Positions 10,387-20,785 are shown, numbered from the stretch's first letter. The stretch is 64,000 bases of DNA from an uncultured Chloroflexia bacterium (GCA_963750125.1 CAVVPT010000016.1:102122-166121); one strand, 5' to 3'. The notes: generated from the letters alone by a model not told the origin. Numbers and translations are program-made.

Positions 10387-11587
10387 TCAGCCGACCGACA
10401 CGACCCGATAATGAGCCTCGCCCTGCGGCGTCCGAACGACGACCTCGTCCCCCGGCCCGTGCCCGAGCAATGCGCGACCCACCGGTGACGCCACCGAGAT
10501 CCGTCCGCCGCCCGGATCTACTTCCGAAGGGCTGACGAGGACGTACGTGACCTGCTCCCCGTCGGCTTCGACCGTCACGCTGGAGCCCATGGTGATTGCG
10601 GCGTCCGCGCTTGGGGCCGCGACGACCTCCGACTCACGAAGCACCCCCTCGATCGCCTGGATCCGCCCTTCCAGGAACGACTGCTCCTCGCGCGCCGCGG
10701 TGTAGTCGGCGTTCTCCTTCAGGTCGCCGAGCTCCTTGGCCGCCCGGATTCGTCGCGATGACTTCGGGCCGCCGCTCCTCGACGAGCGTTCGCAACTCGT
10801 CGCGCAGGCGTGCCTCGCCATCGGCTGTGAGCTGCAGGCGTTCGGTCGGTCGCTGCGCCGGCTCCACCCTGGGGGCCACCGGCCGCCGAGCCGGGGCGGC
10901 CTTGGAGCGTTTGGCAGGTGGCTCGCCTCGCGCTCCCTCGGCGTCGCCGTCGGGGACCTGGACGACGTGCGTGGGCGGCGCCGGGGCAGCGGTGTCCGCG
11001 AGGATGGAGCCGCTCAGCCCGGTGCGCTTCCGGACACCGGTCGGCGTGCGCAGGTTCGCGAACGGCAGCACGACGTCCGAATCGGGCAGCGCCGCTCGCT
11101 CGGTCGCGGACACGCCGTCGCCGAATGCGCCAAGCAACGCGTCCTCGTACTCCTCCACTGCGTCCGTGGCCGCCCACCAGATCCGGGTGCGCTCGAGCCC
11201 GCTGAGGACGTGCAGCCAATGGCCGCCCGGATGCGGACGGCGATCCCCGAGCGCCGTCTCGCGCAACGCCTTGACCCGGGTGGGGATTGAACTCGGTGTC
11301 GCCCCGACGTAGAGCACCGCCTGCGACGGCAGCCAGAAGGCCGCGAGGCGGGCCGCCAGGGAGCGGGACGATGGCCGGGCGCCGTCCATCCGAAGTGTCT
11401 CGACATGCTCCAGCCACTTGCCGACGCGGCTGAGCTCGATCGGCGCCGTCGCGCGAGGCGTCGACAGCTCCACGACGAACACGCCGGGCCCCGACGCCGG
11501 CACCGGTCGACCCCACGGGACCGGCCCGTCGGCGAGCAGCCCGACGGCACGCAGGAGTCCCGGGGCGGTACCGTCCATCGGACGCAT
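10387..11587 (-). CDS. greA: GreA-family transcript cleavage factor fused to a ~235-aa N-terminal domain of unknown function; frameshifted near 10751-10757
   Basis: The ORF 10634-11587 carries the unknown domain, a Pro/Ala/Arg linker, and then the GreA coiled-coil start LQLTADGEARLRDELRTLVEERRPEVI. The ORF 10387-10821 continues in another frame with RIRAAKELGDLKENADYTAAREEQSFLEGRIQAIE and the C-terminal globular domain. Removing one base restores ...RPEVIARIRAAKELGDLKEN. Confidence 0.85.
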
Positions 11588-11624
11588 GGTACAGACGACG
11601 GAGAGGCGCTATCGTTCCGGACCA

Positions 11625-13019
11625 ATGACGTCGCGCCTGTCGGCGGTCCGGAGAAGCCGCCGCCTCGTCACCGCCCTCTTCGTAGCCCTCCTCGCGTTCA
11701 CCGGCACGGTGGCCGTCGTGTATGGGCCGCGCTCGATGCCCGCTCCCGTCTCGGCGGCCCTGCCGACCGCCGGCGGGGGCACGGAGTCCACGGCGCCGCC
11801 GGCCGCGTCCGCGGCCCCAGGCGCGGAGATCGCCGGAGGTGGGGCGGAACTGCCCGCCTCGCCGCCGGATCCGGACCCGGTCGCCCCGGTCGTCCCCACG
11901 GCCACCACCCCACCGCAGCACGAGGCCGCGCTCGCCGTCCCCGAGGCGCTCGACCGAAGGCTGCAGTCGCGCCTCAACAAGCTCCGCTCGAAGTACGCGA
12001 TCCCCGGCGTGTCGGTGACGATCATCCTCGCCGACGGGTCGACCTGGACCGGGACCAGCGGGTACGCCAACGTTCGCAAGAAGACGCGTGTCAGGGACGA
12101 CACGGCCTTCGCACTCGCGAGCGTCAGCAAGACCTACACGTCGGCCCTGATCATGGCCCTCGCCAACGAAGGAAAGCTGGATCTCGATACCCGCGTGTCG
12201 ACGATCCTGCCCAAGATCCGGATCGCCGGCAAGGCGACCGTCCGCCAGCTGCTCGACCACACGAGCGGATTGCCCGACTACTTCCTCAACGGCAAGATCG
12301 ATCGCGCCCTGTTCAGCGACCGCTCCCGCGCATGGACGACGCGCGACTCGTTCCGCTATGTCGGCAAGCCGATCTTCCCCGCCGGGAAGGGGTGGTATTA
12401 CTCGAATACGAACTACGCGCTGCTCGCGCTCGTCGCCGAGGCGGTCGACGATCGCCCGCTGAGCGAGCAGCTGCGCAGCCGCTTCCTGGACCCACTCGGG
12501 CTCGACCACACCTACGAACAGATCGACGAGCAACCGCCGGGCCCGATCGCCCGGGGCTACCGGGTCACGGGCTCATCGAGCCGGCCCGTCTATTCCGACC
12601 TGTCCGACGGCACGAAGGTCATTCCCTTCACGTCGGTTGTGACCGCGGCTCCTGGCGCCGGATCGATGGCGGCCTCGTCCGCCGACGTTGCGCGCTGGGC
12701 ACGGGCCCTCTACGGCGGCGAGGTCCTGCCCCGGGCGACGGTGCGGGCGATGGTCGGCGACGCGCGCAACACAGCTCGCTTCCGACCGCGGATCGGCTAT
12801 GGGCTCGGCGTCCAGGTGACCACGCTCGATGGCCGCCCGGCACTCGGTCATTCGGGTCGGCTCGCCGGCTTCCGATCGCTCGTCCGCCACCTCCCCGGCG
12901 ACGGGATCACGATCGCGGTCCTCACAAACGAGGCGAACCAGGACCCGACGATCATCGCCAGGTCGCTTCTGCGGATCGTCAGCCCGCGTGAGCCTGCGCC
13001 GAGCCCGTCGGGAGGCTGA
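11625..13019 (+). CDS. serine hydrolase, beta-lactamase/PBP4-like family, membrane-anchored or secreted
   Basis: Motifs SVSK (SxxK), YSN and HSG. The N-terminus has a basic stretch followed by a hydrophobic anchor. The start is ambiguous: ATG 11625 or ATG 11586, and the latter would overlap the divergent gene start. Confidence 0.9.
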   Translation: MTSRLSAVRRSRRLVTALFVALLAFTGTVAVVYGPRSMPAPVSAALPTAGGGTESTAPPAASAAPGAEIAGGGAELPASPPDPDPVAPVVPTATTPPQHEAALAVPEALDRRLQSRLNKLRSKYAIPGVSVTIILADGSTWTGTSGYANVRKKTRVRDDTAFALASVSKTYTSALIMALANEGKLDLDTRVSTILPKIRIAGKATVRQLLDHTSGLPDYFLNGKIDRALFSDRSRAWTTRDSFRYVGKPIFPAGKGWYYSNTNYALLALVAEAVDDRPLSEQLRSRFLDPLGLDHTYEQIDEQPPGPIARGYRVTGSSSRPVYSDLSDGTKVIPFTSVVTAAPGAGSMAASSADVARWARALYGGEVLPRATVRAMVGDARNTARFRPRIGYGLGVQVTTLDGRPALGHSGRLAGFRSLVRHLPGDGITIAVLTNEANQDPTIIARSLLRIVSPREPAPSPSGG

Positions 13020-13113
13020 GCGCCGGTTCCAGCGGACACGCTTCAGCTCTCGACATCGCACGGCATCCCGACCACACTGGTCGAGCCGGGGCGCGACTTG
13101 GGAGGGACCACCG

Positions 13114-13365
13114 ATGCGACTCGTTCGAGCGTTGGCTACCGCCTGTGTGGTGCTCCTCACCGCGGTGCCGGCGGCCCTCGCTGCGCCGGGGCGCGCGGAC
13201 ACGTTCTACACGTTCAACTGCATCGACCCGGACGGCAACCTCGTGACCGCAGAGTCCGTGGACGCACACGCAATCGAGCAGGGCGGCAAGCTCATGGGGA
13301 GCGCCCATTGGGAGCTTGCCCACCCGGACTACGACTGCTGGGTGGAGGGCCCCTTCAGCAGCTAG
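13114..13365 (+). CDS. small secreted protein (83 aa, 2 Cys), unknown function
   Basis: ATG at 13114 preceded by GGGAGGGA. Signal peptide MRLVRALATACVVLLTAVPAALAAP. Confidence 0.6.
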   Translation: MRLVRALATACVVLLTAVPAALAAPGRADTFYTFNCIDPDGNLVTAESVDAHAIEQGGKLMGSAHWELAHPDYDCWVEGPFSS

Positions 13366-13489
13366 CCCCGCGGCATCTGCACACTGATCGCTGATCGACG
13401 GTACGACCGGACCGCCTCCACCCGTACCGATGGGGAGTCGCCCGCTCGACGAGCATCCCCAAGAATTCGCGAAAAGGAGGCATGGCGTC

Positions 13490-14065
13490 ATGCCAATCCG
13501 GGTGGATGCCTACACGAATACCGGGATGGCCGGTGGCTGGCTCATCGGGGCCGCCCATCTGCGCGAAGCGCTCGAGTCTGGCCAGCCACTCGAGTTGAAC
13601 CGTGTGACCTGGCAGGCGATCGAGAACCTTGCGGCGAGCGAGCTCGGCTCGATCGCGTTCGAACCGGACGACCTCATCGTGGTCGTGGGCGACGACGAGA
13701 GCATCGTTCCCGTGCATGCGGTGTGGCACACCGTCCGCCTCGAGGCGGGGAGCTACCGGATCGAGGGTGAGCTTCCGACGATGCCGGGCTTCGACCCCGG
13801 CCGCGCGCTTACCCGTCCCACCGGCGAGTTCGTTCTGCTCCGCGACGTCCGCCTCGAGCTGATCGACCGACCCGACGTCGGAGCAGTCACGGTCCCCCAC
13901 GGTTTCGTCAACCGCTACACCGTTGAACGGGTCGAGGCCGACCTCATGCTCGGCTTCTTCTTCCCGGGCGCGGAGGTGGACACGTCGCGCCTGCCCGGCC
14001 CGCCGCTTGGCGCCAAACCGGCCGGCGAAACCTCGTCGGACACGGCCCCTGCCGACCCGCCCTCG

Positions 14066-14092
<27 letters not shown>
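13490..14092 (+). CDS. hypothetical protein (200 aa)
   Basis: ATG at 13490 with AAGGAGG 9 nt upstream. High GC3. I recognise no domain. Confidence 0.65.
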
Positions 14093-15328
<1,236 letters not shown>

Positions 15329-15772
15329 GGACGCTCCAGATGAATCGGCCGCACACCGCCTGAGGGGCCGGGCCAGCGCGGAGCATAGCCGATTGCCGGG
15401 CGAGGCCTTCGAAGCCATTTGTCCGCTCGCCCCGATGGGTATTGGAGCCTAGGACAATCGGCCATCTGAATTGGTGCATGAGACGCAGTGACGTACTCCA
15501 TCTCCATTTGTCATACTCTCGCGCGAACCCCAAGCCCCCAGAAGACAGGCTTAATCACAGAACGCCGCCCCCCACGGCAGACCCTGTCGTCACTCCGTCG
15601 GGTCTCCCAGCCCGACGATCCCGAGTCGGCTCACCCGCTCGGACACGTGTCCGCGCGCGCCCCCCAGCGCGCGCGTGCCCGTCTCAACCCGCAAAGCTCT
15701 GTCGTGCCGCGGCACCAGTCCACCGTCATCGCACGCCCAAGTGCGATGTCTGGCAGGAAGGAGGCATGAGTT

Positions 15773-16615
15773 TTGCCGGTTCCCAAAGAAGGCGCCCAGA
15801 GGGCGCTCCCTCGACCCGCTCGTATCCTCACGATGCTCGCATTCGGGGCGATCCTCGCCCTCGGTTCGCTGGCCACCGATCCCACTCCGGCTCTCGCAGC
15901 CGCCAAGAAGGTCGTGATCGTCGTTGGCCCTACCGGATCCCGGACCGCCGACTTCAAGGACGACGCCAGGCGCTATGCGTCCTACGCCCGCAGCTACGGC
16001 GCCTCGGTCACCGAGATCTACAGCCCCTACGCCACGTGGACGAAGGTCAGGAACGCGGCCCAGGGCGCGAACATCCTGATCTACCTCGGTCATGGCAACG
16101 GGTACCCGAGTCCGTACGGCTCCTTCCAGCGCTACACGAAGGACGGCTTCGGGCTGAACGCCACGTCCGGCAACGGCAACAGCAATGTCAAGTACTGGGG
16201 CGAGTACTACATCGATCGCGACATCCAGATGGCGCCGAACGCCGTCGTGATCCTCGCCCGCCTGTGCTACGCCTCCGGAAATTCCGAGTGGGGCGCCGCC
16301 AACCCGACGAAGTCGACCGCCATCAAACGCGTCGACAACTACGGGGCGGGCTTCCTTCGGGCCGGTGCGAAGGCCGTCTTCGCCGAAGGCATCACGGACG
16401 CGCGGTACATCATCAAGAATCTGTACACGTCGAACCGCAACATGCGCGAGATCTTCTTCGCATCCTCCAGTCGGACGATGTCGTACCGGTTCCACTTCAC
16501 GTCGAGACGCACGTCGTGGGCCATCGCCTCGATGGATCCCTACAGGCCGAGTCGCTACTACCGCTCGGTGATCGGGAAGCTGTCGGTGACGGCCGCCCAG
16601 TGGCGCGCCTCCTGA
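15773..16615 (+). CDS. secreted protein with a caspase-hemoglobinase-fold-like His/Cys pattern (possible clan CD peptidase)
   Basis: TTG start 8 nt after GGAAGGAGG, and a signal peptide. The beta-strand-then-catalytic-residue pattern is ANILIYLGHGNG ... AVVILARLCYASG, and the N-terminal strand is KKVVIVVGP. Confidence 0.75.
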   Translation: MPVPKEGAQRALPRPARILTMLAFGAILALGSLATDPTPALAAAKKVVIVVGPTGSRTADFKDDARRYASYARSYGASVTEIYSPYATWTKVRNAAQGANILIYLGHGNGYPSPYGSFQRYTKDGFGLNATSGNGNSNVKYWGEYYIDRDIQMAPNAVVILARLCYASGNSEWGAANPTKSTAIKRVDNYGAGFLRAGAKAVFAEGITDARYIIKNLYTSNRNMREIFFASSSRTMSYRFHFTSRRTSWAIASMDPYRPSRYYRSVIGKLSVTAAQWRAS

Positions 16616-16643
16616 CGCTCCGTTCGTTCGCGAACACGAAGAT

Positions 16644-16673
16644 GCCCGGCCTTTCGGCCGGGCTCTTCGTTTT
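16644..16673. terminator. bidirectional intrinsic terminator
   Basis: GCCCGGCC-tttc-GGCCGGGC hairpin followed by TCTTCGTTTT on the plus strand. The minus strand has a T-containing tract on the other side. It sits between the convergent units ending at 16615 (+) and 16683 (-). Confidence 0.8.
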
Positions 16674-16682
16674 GAAGGGAGG

Positions 16683-16832
16683 TCAGGCGGGCCGGCCGTT
16701 GAGCGGCGGGACCGGGCGAGGCTGCGGGCGAGGGGTTGCGGTTTTCAATTCGACTTCGACCTGGCGGATGAACCCGAGGATCGTCGGCTGGCGGCGGGGA
16801 CTCGTCGTGCCGAGCGGGAAGGTGCGGATCAT
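16683..16832 (-). CDS. candidate small protein (49 aa), Pro/Arg-rich C-terminus
   Basis: ATG at 16832, 17 nt after the stop of the upstream micro-ORF, ending 10 nt before the terminator. Weak RBS (AAGGGG). Speculative. Confidence 0.25.
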   Translation of the reverse strand: MIRTFPLGTTSPRRQPTILGFIRQVEVELKTATPRPQPRPVPPLNGRPA

Positions 16833-16849
16833 CGTTCGAACCCCTTGCC

Positions 16850-16969
16850 CTAGATGAACGCTGCGTGAGCGATCACGCCGAGCGCGGTGAGGATGAGCAT
16901 GAGGAAGAGCATCAGCGTCGGAGCGGCACCATTGGCATCGACCTGGAATTGGGGCATCCCGGTGGACAT
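16850..16969 (-). CDS. candidate 39-aa single-pass membrane peptide
   Basis: ATG at 16969 preceded by AAAGGAGAGG. The product is MSTGMPQFQVDANGAAPTLMLFLMLILTALGVIAHAAFI. Confidence 0.45.
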   Translation of the reverse strand: MSTGMPQFQVDANGAAPTLMLFLMLILTALGVIAHAAFI

Positions 16970-17148
16970 CTGGCCTCTCCTTTCTGATCCTCGTTCGGCA
17001 GCTGGTTTCGCTGCGCGTGCCACAAGTCTCGTTCCGGGGGTCGCTGAGGCCAGCGGACAGGGGTGGTCGGGGAGTGACCACGAACGCCTCGAACTCCGGC
17101 TGGACGGATGACGATGCCGGCCCGGCGTCGAGGCAGTAGCCTTCGCCC

Positions 17149-18372
17149 ATGCCCGACGATCCCACCCGACGGGGCATCTCCCGCCGGGCGACCCTTGCCG
17201 TGCTCTCCGGCCTGTTCCTCGGAACGCTGGCGATGCGCCCGCAACTCGTCGGCATCGGGCCGCTCCTGCCACAGATCCAGGCCGATCTGGGGGTGTCGTT
17301 CGGGGTGGTCGGGCTCCTCACGGCGATCCCGGTCCTGCTCATGGGCCTCTTCGCGCCGATCGGACCGTGGGTCAGCGGGCGGATCGGGCCGCGCAACGCG
17401 ATCGCACTGTGCATGCTCGGGATCGTCGCGTTCGGCCTCCTCCGGCCTGCCCTCCCGGGCATCGCCGCGATCCTGCTGACGACCGTCGCGATCGGCATCG
17501 GCATGGGGACCGCGGGTGCCGTGTTGCCCATCGTCGTCAAGCTGCGTGCTTCGGCCGAACCGGCTCGCGCCACGGGTGCTTATGCGGCCGGGATCGTCGC
17601 CGGGTCACTCCTCGCCGCGGCGGCTGCGATCCCGCTGGCCAACGCGCTCGGTGGCTGGCGGGCCACGCTGGTTGTGTTCGCGTTCGCCGGACTCGGATCC
17701 CTGGCCTGCTGGCTCCTGTTGCTGCGACCGGACCCGCCGGAAGACCGCGGCACCGGCCGGCCGCCCAGCCTTCCCTGGCGGAGCCGCACGGCGTGGCTGC
17801 TCGTCGCGGTCTTCGCCACCCAGTCGCTGCTGTACTACTCGGCGGTCTCGTGGCTGCCCGCCGTATACGTGGAGCGCGGCTGGTCGGAGGCGGACGCCGG
17901 CAACCTGGTCGCGGTCCTGCATGCAGTCGGCCTCGCAACGGGAATCGCGCTGCCGTTCTTCGCCGACCGGGTGGGCACGCGGCGCACACAACTGGTGTCC
18001 GTTGCGACTGTGACCATGGTCGGATACCTCGGGATCGTCCTGCTGCCCGACCTCGCCGTGCTCTGGGCGGCCGTGATGGGGGTCGGGCTCGGCGCCGTGT
18101 TCCCGCTCGTGCTGACGCTGCCCGTCGACGTCGCAGATAGTCCGTCGGCCGTTGGCGCGACTGCAGCGTTCATGCTGCTCGGTGGGTACGTCCTGTCGAG
18201 CCTCGGGCCCGTCGGGCTCGGAATCCTGCGCGACCTGACCGGCAACTACCAGACGAGCCTGTGGCTCCTCGTGGCATTGTCAGTGGCGCTGATGGCCGCT
18301 TCGTTCACGTTGACTCCGGCACGCCTGCACCGTGGCGTGCGCGCCCGGCGAGAGCCGGTTCCAGCCGCCTGA
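17149..18372 (+). CDS. MFS transporter (CynX/NimT-like)
   Basis: 407 aa with about 12 hydrophobic helices. The N-terminal pattern LAMRPQLVGIGPLLPQIQADLGVS is typical of the cyanate-permease-like MFS subgroup. Confidence 0.9.
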   Translation: MPDDPTRRGISRRATLAVLSGLFLGTLAMRPQLVGIGPLLPQIQADLGVSFGVVGLLTAIPVLLMGLFAPIGPWVSGRIGPRNAIALCMLGIVAFGLLRPALPGIAAILLTTVAIGIGMGTAGAVLPIVVKLRASAEPARATGAYAAGIVAGSLLAAAAAIPLANALGGWRATLVVFAFAGLGSLACWLLLLRPDPPEDRGTGRPPSLPWRSRTAWLLVAVFATQSLLYYSAVSWLPAVYVERGWSEADAGNLVAVLHAVGLATGIALPFFADRVGTRRTQLVSVATVTMVGYLGIVLLPDLAVLWAAVMGVGLGAVFPLVLTLPVDVADSPSAVGATAAFMLLGGYVLSSLGPVGLGILRDLTGNYQTSLWLLVALSVALMAASFTLTPARLHRGVRARREPVPAA

Positions 18373-18395
18373 CACCCCGGATTCAGCGCTCCCGG

Positions 18396-18824
18396 TCAGC
18401 GCTCCGCGGTGCCGGCACCAACGGGCACGCGATCGCTCGCGTCCTCGCGCCGCGTGACACTCGCCGCGGCGCTCCGCGGTGCTGTCCTGACCTCGTATCG
18501 CGGCGCTGTCGTGGCGGCCTCTGTGGCGGCCGCAGCCTCGCTCCGATCGACGCCGTTGCGCAGGTCACGGCTCCGGCCGGCGATCGTCCGCTGCAGATCG
18601 CCCAGGGCTGTCTTCACCCGCTGGGCGAGCTTGGCCCGGCGCCCGCCGCCCACGACCGGGTCGAGCAGGAACAGACCGACCGCTCCGGCCGCGAGGCCGA
18701 TCGCCATGCCGCCGAATAGCAGCGACGAACGCGCCTGGGCCCGTCCGCGCGTGTAGGCGATGTCGTAGCGGTCCTTGTCGGTGTCGGGCAGCTCGCGCAG
18801 TAGCCGGAACACGACGTCGTCCAT
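18396..18824 (-). CDS. YtxH-like membrane-anchored stress protein (tentative)
   Basis: ATG at 18824 preceded by GAGGAGG. One TM (LLFGGMAIGLAAGAVGLFLL) followed by DPVVGGGRRAKL and a helical tail. Confidence 0.6.
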   Translation of the reverse strand: MDDVVFRLLRELPDTDKDRYDIAYTRGRAQARSSLLFGGMAIGLAAGAVGLFLLDPVVGGGRRAKLAQRVKTALGDLQRTIAGRSRDLRNGVDRSEAAAATEAATTAPRYEVRTAPRSAAASVTRREDASDRVPVGAGTAER

Positions 18825-18952
18825 GTGCGCCTCCTCAGAACCCGAATGATCGCGGCACGGCCGGCGCAGCCGCCTTGGGGCGGGGCCGTCGTGCGTGACG
18901 GCTCGCTTGCAACGATTGGCGCCCGTTCTCTGGGACGCGCTCAACGCGAACC

Positions 18953-19000
18953 ACAAATAGAAACCACACCTTGACAAATAGAAAGAGACATTGCTATAAC
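18953..19000 (+). promoter_or_regulatory. sigma70-like promoter with two 11-bp direct repeats
   Basis: TTGACA (18971-18976), an 18-nt spacer, then TATAAC (18995-19000). ACAAATAGAAA occurs at 18953-18963 and 18974-18984, 21 bp apart. This is an AT-rich island in a GC-rich genome. Confidence 0.6.
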
Positions 19001-19039
19001 TTGACTACGACACACAAAACGGAGGCCCAAACACCTACA

Positions 19040-19441
19040 ATGGCGCACGATGTAATCTCAACGTGTCCTGTCTGCTCCGGTGAGCTTGGCGTGACCCGCC
19101 TCCGCTGCCGGAGTTGCGGCACCACGCTGGAGGGCGACTTCAGCGTCGGGCGGTTCGCTCGCCTCGACCGCGACCAGCTCGCGTTGCTCGAAAGCTTCCT
19201 CCGTGCCCGCGGCAACCTCCGGGAGATGGAACGCGAGCTCGGGATCAGTTATCCGACGGTTCGCTCGCGCGTGGAGGCGCTCGTCCGCTCGCTCGGCTTC
19301 GGCCCGCGATCGGACGACGATGCGGCCGCGGGCGAGCCCGGCCAGACCCGGGAGGACATCCTCGAGCGGCTGGCGCGCCGCGAAATCAGCGCCGAGGAGG
19401 CCGCCCAGGCCATCCGCTCGCTTGGAAGGAGCGCCCGATGA
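19040..19441 (+). CDS. DUF2089-family zinc-ribbon/HTH protein
   Basis: N-terminal CPVC...CRSC zinc ribbon, then the LDRDQLALLESFLRARGNLREMERELGISYPTVRSRV HTH. The C-terminal helix is ISAEEAAQAIRSL. Confidence 0.85.
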   Translation: MAHDVISTCPVCSGELGVTRLRCRSCGTTLEGDFSVGRFARLDRDQLALLESFLRARGNLREMERELGISYPTVRSRVEALVRSLGFGPRSDDDAAAGEPGQTREDILERLARREISAEEAAQAIRSLGRSAR

Positions 19442-20415
19442 GCGGCACCACGACGACCTTCGAGCACTCGATCGGCGCCGAAGGGCTGTTCGTCCTCCAG
19501 CTCGGCAGCGGCGACGCCCGGCTCCACGGCGTGGACGGCGAGACCGTGCAGATCGAAAACCGGGACGGACCGGAACTGCCCGATGGCTTCGACATCGAGG
19601 CCGGGGAGGGTAGCCTCGCCGTGCGCGCTCGCAAGGGCACAACGCCGGACCTCGACGTCCGCGTTCCGCGCGGGGCGACGATCGTCGTCGAGGCGTCGAG
19701 CAGCGACCTGACGGCTGAGGATCTCTCCGGCGAGCAGCAGTTCCGCACTGCGTCCGGCGACATCGAGCTAGCGCGCGTCAGCGGCACGGTCGCCATCGAG
19801 GCAGCATCGGGCGACGTCTTCCTGCTCGCGACGGGCGAGCTTCGGCTGAAGGCCCGGACGGTGTCGGGCGATCTCGAGGTGCGGGCCGGCAGGCTCGCCG
19901 ACGTGTCGGCCACCACCACGAGCGGGGACCTGACAATCGCGGGCGAGCTCGCCCCCGATGGGACCCACAAGGTCGAGACGGTCAGCGGCGACACCATCCT
20001 CGCGCTCTCCGGCGGTGCCCGGATCGAGGTCTCGACGATGACCGGCGATGTGTCGGCCGACGTGCCGCATCGCACCGAACGGGCGGAGGGCCGGCGTGTC
20101 GTCATCGTTGGCGACGGCCGCGCCAGGCTCGTCGCGAGCACCATGTCCGGCGACGTCCACATCGTGGAGGCGCGAGCCCACGACATCCCGGTCGCGCCCG
20201 TGCCGGCGGCCGCTCCGCCACCGGAACCGCCCGCGGCCGGACCGGCCCCGATACCGGCCAGCTCTTCTGACGCGGCCATCGCCGCCGCCTACGACGAAGC
20301 CCGCCTGCGAATTCTCCGCAGTGTCGAGCGCGGCGAGATCGACGTGGCCGAGGCCGGCCGCCGGCTCGAGGCCCTCGATGCCGCCGGGATCGGCGAGGAC
20401 GCAACCCATGAGTGA
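19438..20415 (+). CDS. DUF4097 (LiaG-like putative adhesin beta-repeat) protein
   Basis: ATGA overlap with the upstream gene. Repeated SGD(I/L/V) beta-strand motifs (ASGDIEL, ASGDVFL, VSGDLEV, TSGDLTI, VSGDTIL, MTGDVSA, MSGDVHI), then a Pro-rich linker and a SHOCT-like tail. Confidence 0.85.
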   Translation: MSGTTTTFEHSIGAEGLFVLQLGSGDARLHGVDGETVQIENRDGPELPDGFDIEAGEGSLAVRARKGTTPDLDVRVPRGATIVVEASSSDLTAEDLSGEQQFRTASGDIELARVSGTVAIEAASGDVFLLATGELRLKARTVSGDLEVRAGRLADVSATTTSGDLTIAGELAPDGTHKVETVSGDTILALSGGARIEVSTMTGDVSADVPHRTERAEGRRVVIVGDGRARLVASTMSGDVHIVEARAHDIPVAPVPAAAPPPEPPAAGPAPIPASSSDAAIAAAYDEARLRILRSVERGEIDVAEAGRRLEALDAAGIGEDATHE

Positions 20416-20785
20416 CGCATTCGAGCGAGTCCTGCAGCTCGTGGCCGAAGGCCGCCTGACGGCCGAGGAGGCTGCCCCGCTGCTCGACGCCCTGGAAGCT
20501 GCACAGGCGCCGCCTCCCTCGGCGCCGGCAGCTCCCGGGGAACCAGGCTCAGGTTCCGACGACACCCCCGCATCCGCGGTCCGCATCGAGGTCTCCGACG
20601 CGGGTCGCAAGGTCATCAACCTCCGGGTGCCCCTCGCCATCGGGCGAACCGCCATCAACGGTGTCCCAGGCCTGTCGGAGGCGACCGCTGAACAAATCCG
20701 CCAGGCGATCAATGCCGGCGTCAAGGGCCCGGTCCTCGACATCGAGGACGACCAGGGCGACGGCGTCCGCGTTGTGATCGAGTAG
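20408..20785 (+). CDS. SHOCT-like domain protein (125 aa)
   Basis: 8-nt overlap with the upstream gene. The N-terminus is VLQLVAEGRLTAEEAAPLLDAL, followed by a Pro-rich linker and a small beta domain. Confidence 0.7.
   Translation: MSDAFERVLQLVAEGRLTAEEAAPLLDALEAAQAPPPSAPAAPGEPGSGSDDTPASAVRIEVSDAGRKVINLRVPLAIGRTAINGVPGLSEATAEQIRQAINAGVKGPVLDIEDDQGDGVRVVIE

Noticed and set aside
11586-11624. ATG 11586 as the start of the beta-lactamase-family gene.
   Set aside because: It would overlap the divergent GreA-fusion start (11587) by 2 nt, leaving no promoter space. ATG 11625 gives a normal basic-then-hydrophobic N-terminus. The start remains ambiguous.
15766-15768. ATG immediately after the strong GGAAGGAGG, as the start of the secreted protein gene or a sign of another frameshift.
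   Set aside because: The ATG is only 1 nt from the SD core, and its frame gives Arg-rich nonsense. The in-frame TTG at 15773 has an ideal 8-nt spacing and leads into a signal peptide.
16970-17148. Riboswitch (e.g. guanidine/ykkC class) in the 180-nt leader of the MFS transporter.
   Set aside because: There are hairpins (GTGGTC-N7-GACCAC), but I cannot align the conserved ykkC, mini-ykkC or other riboswitch cores by eye. It needs a cmscan before any claim.
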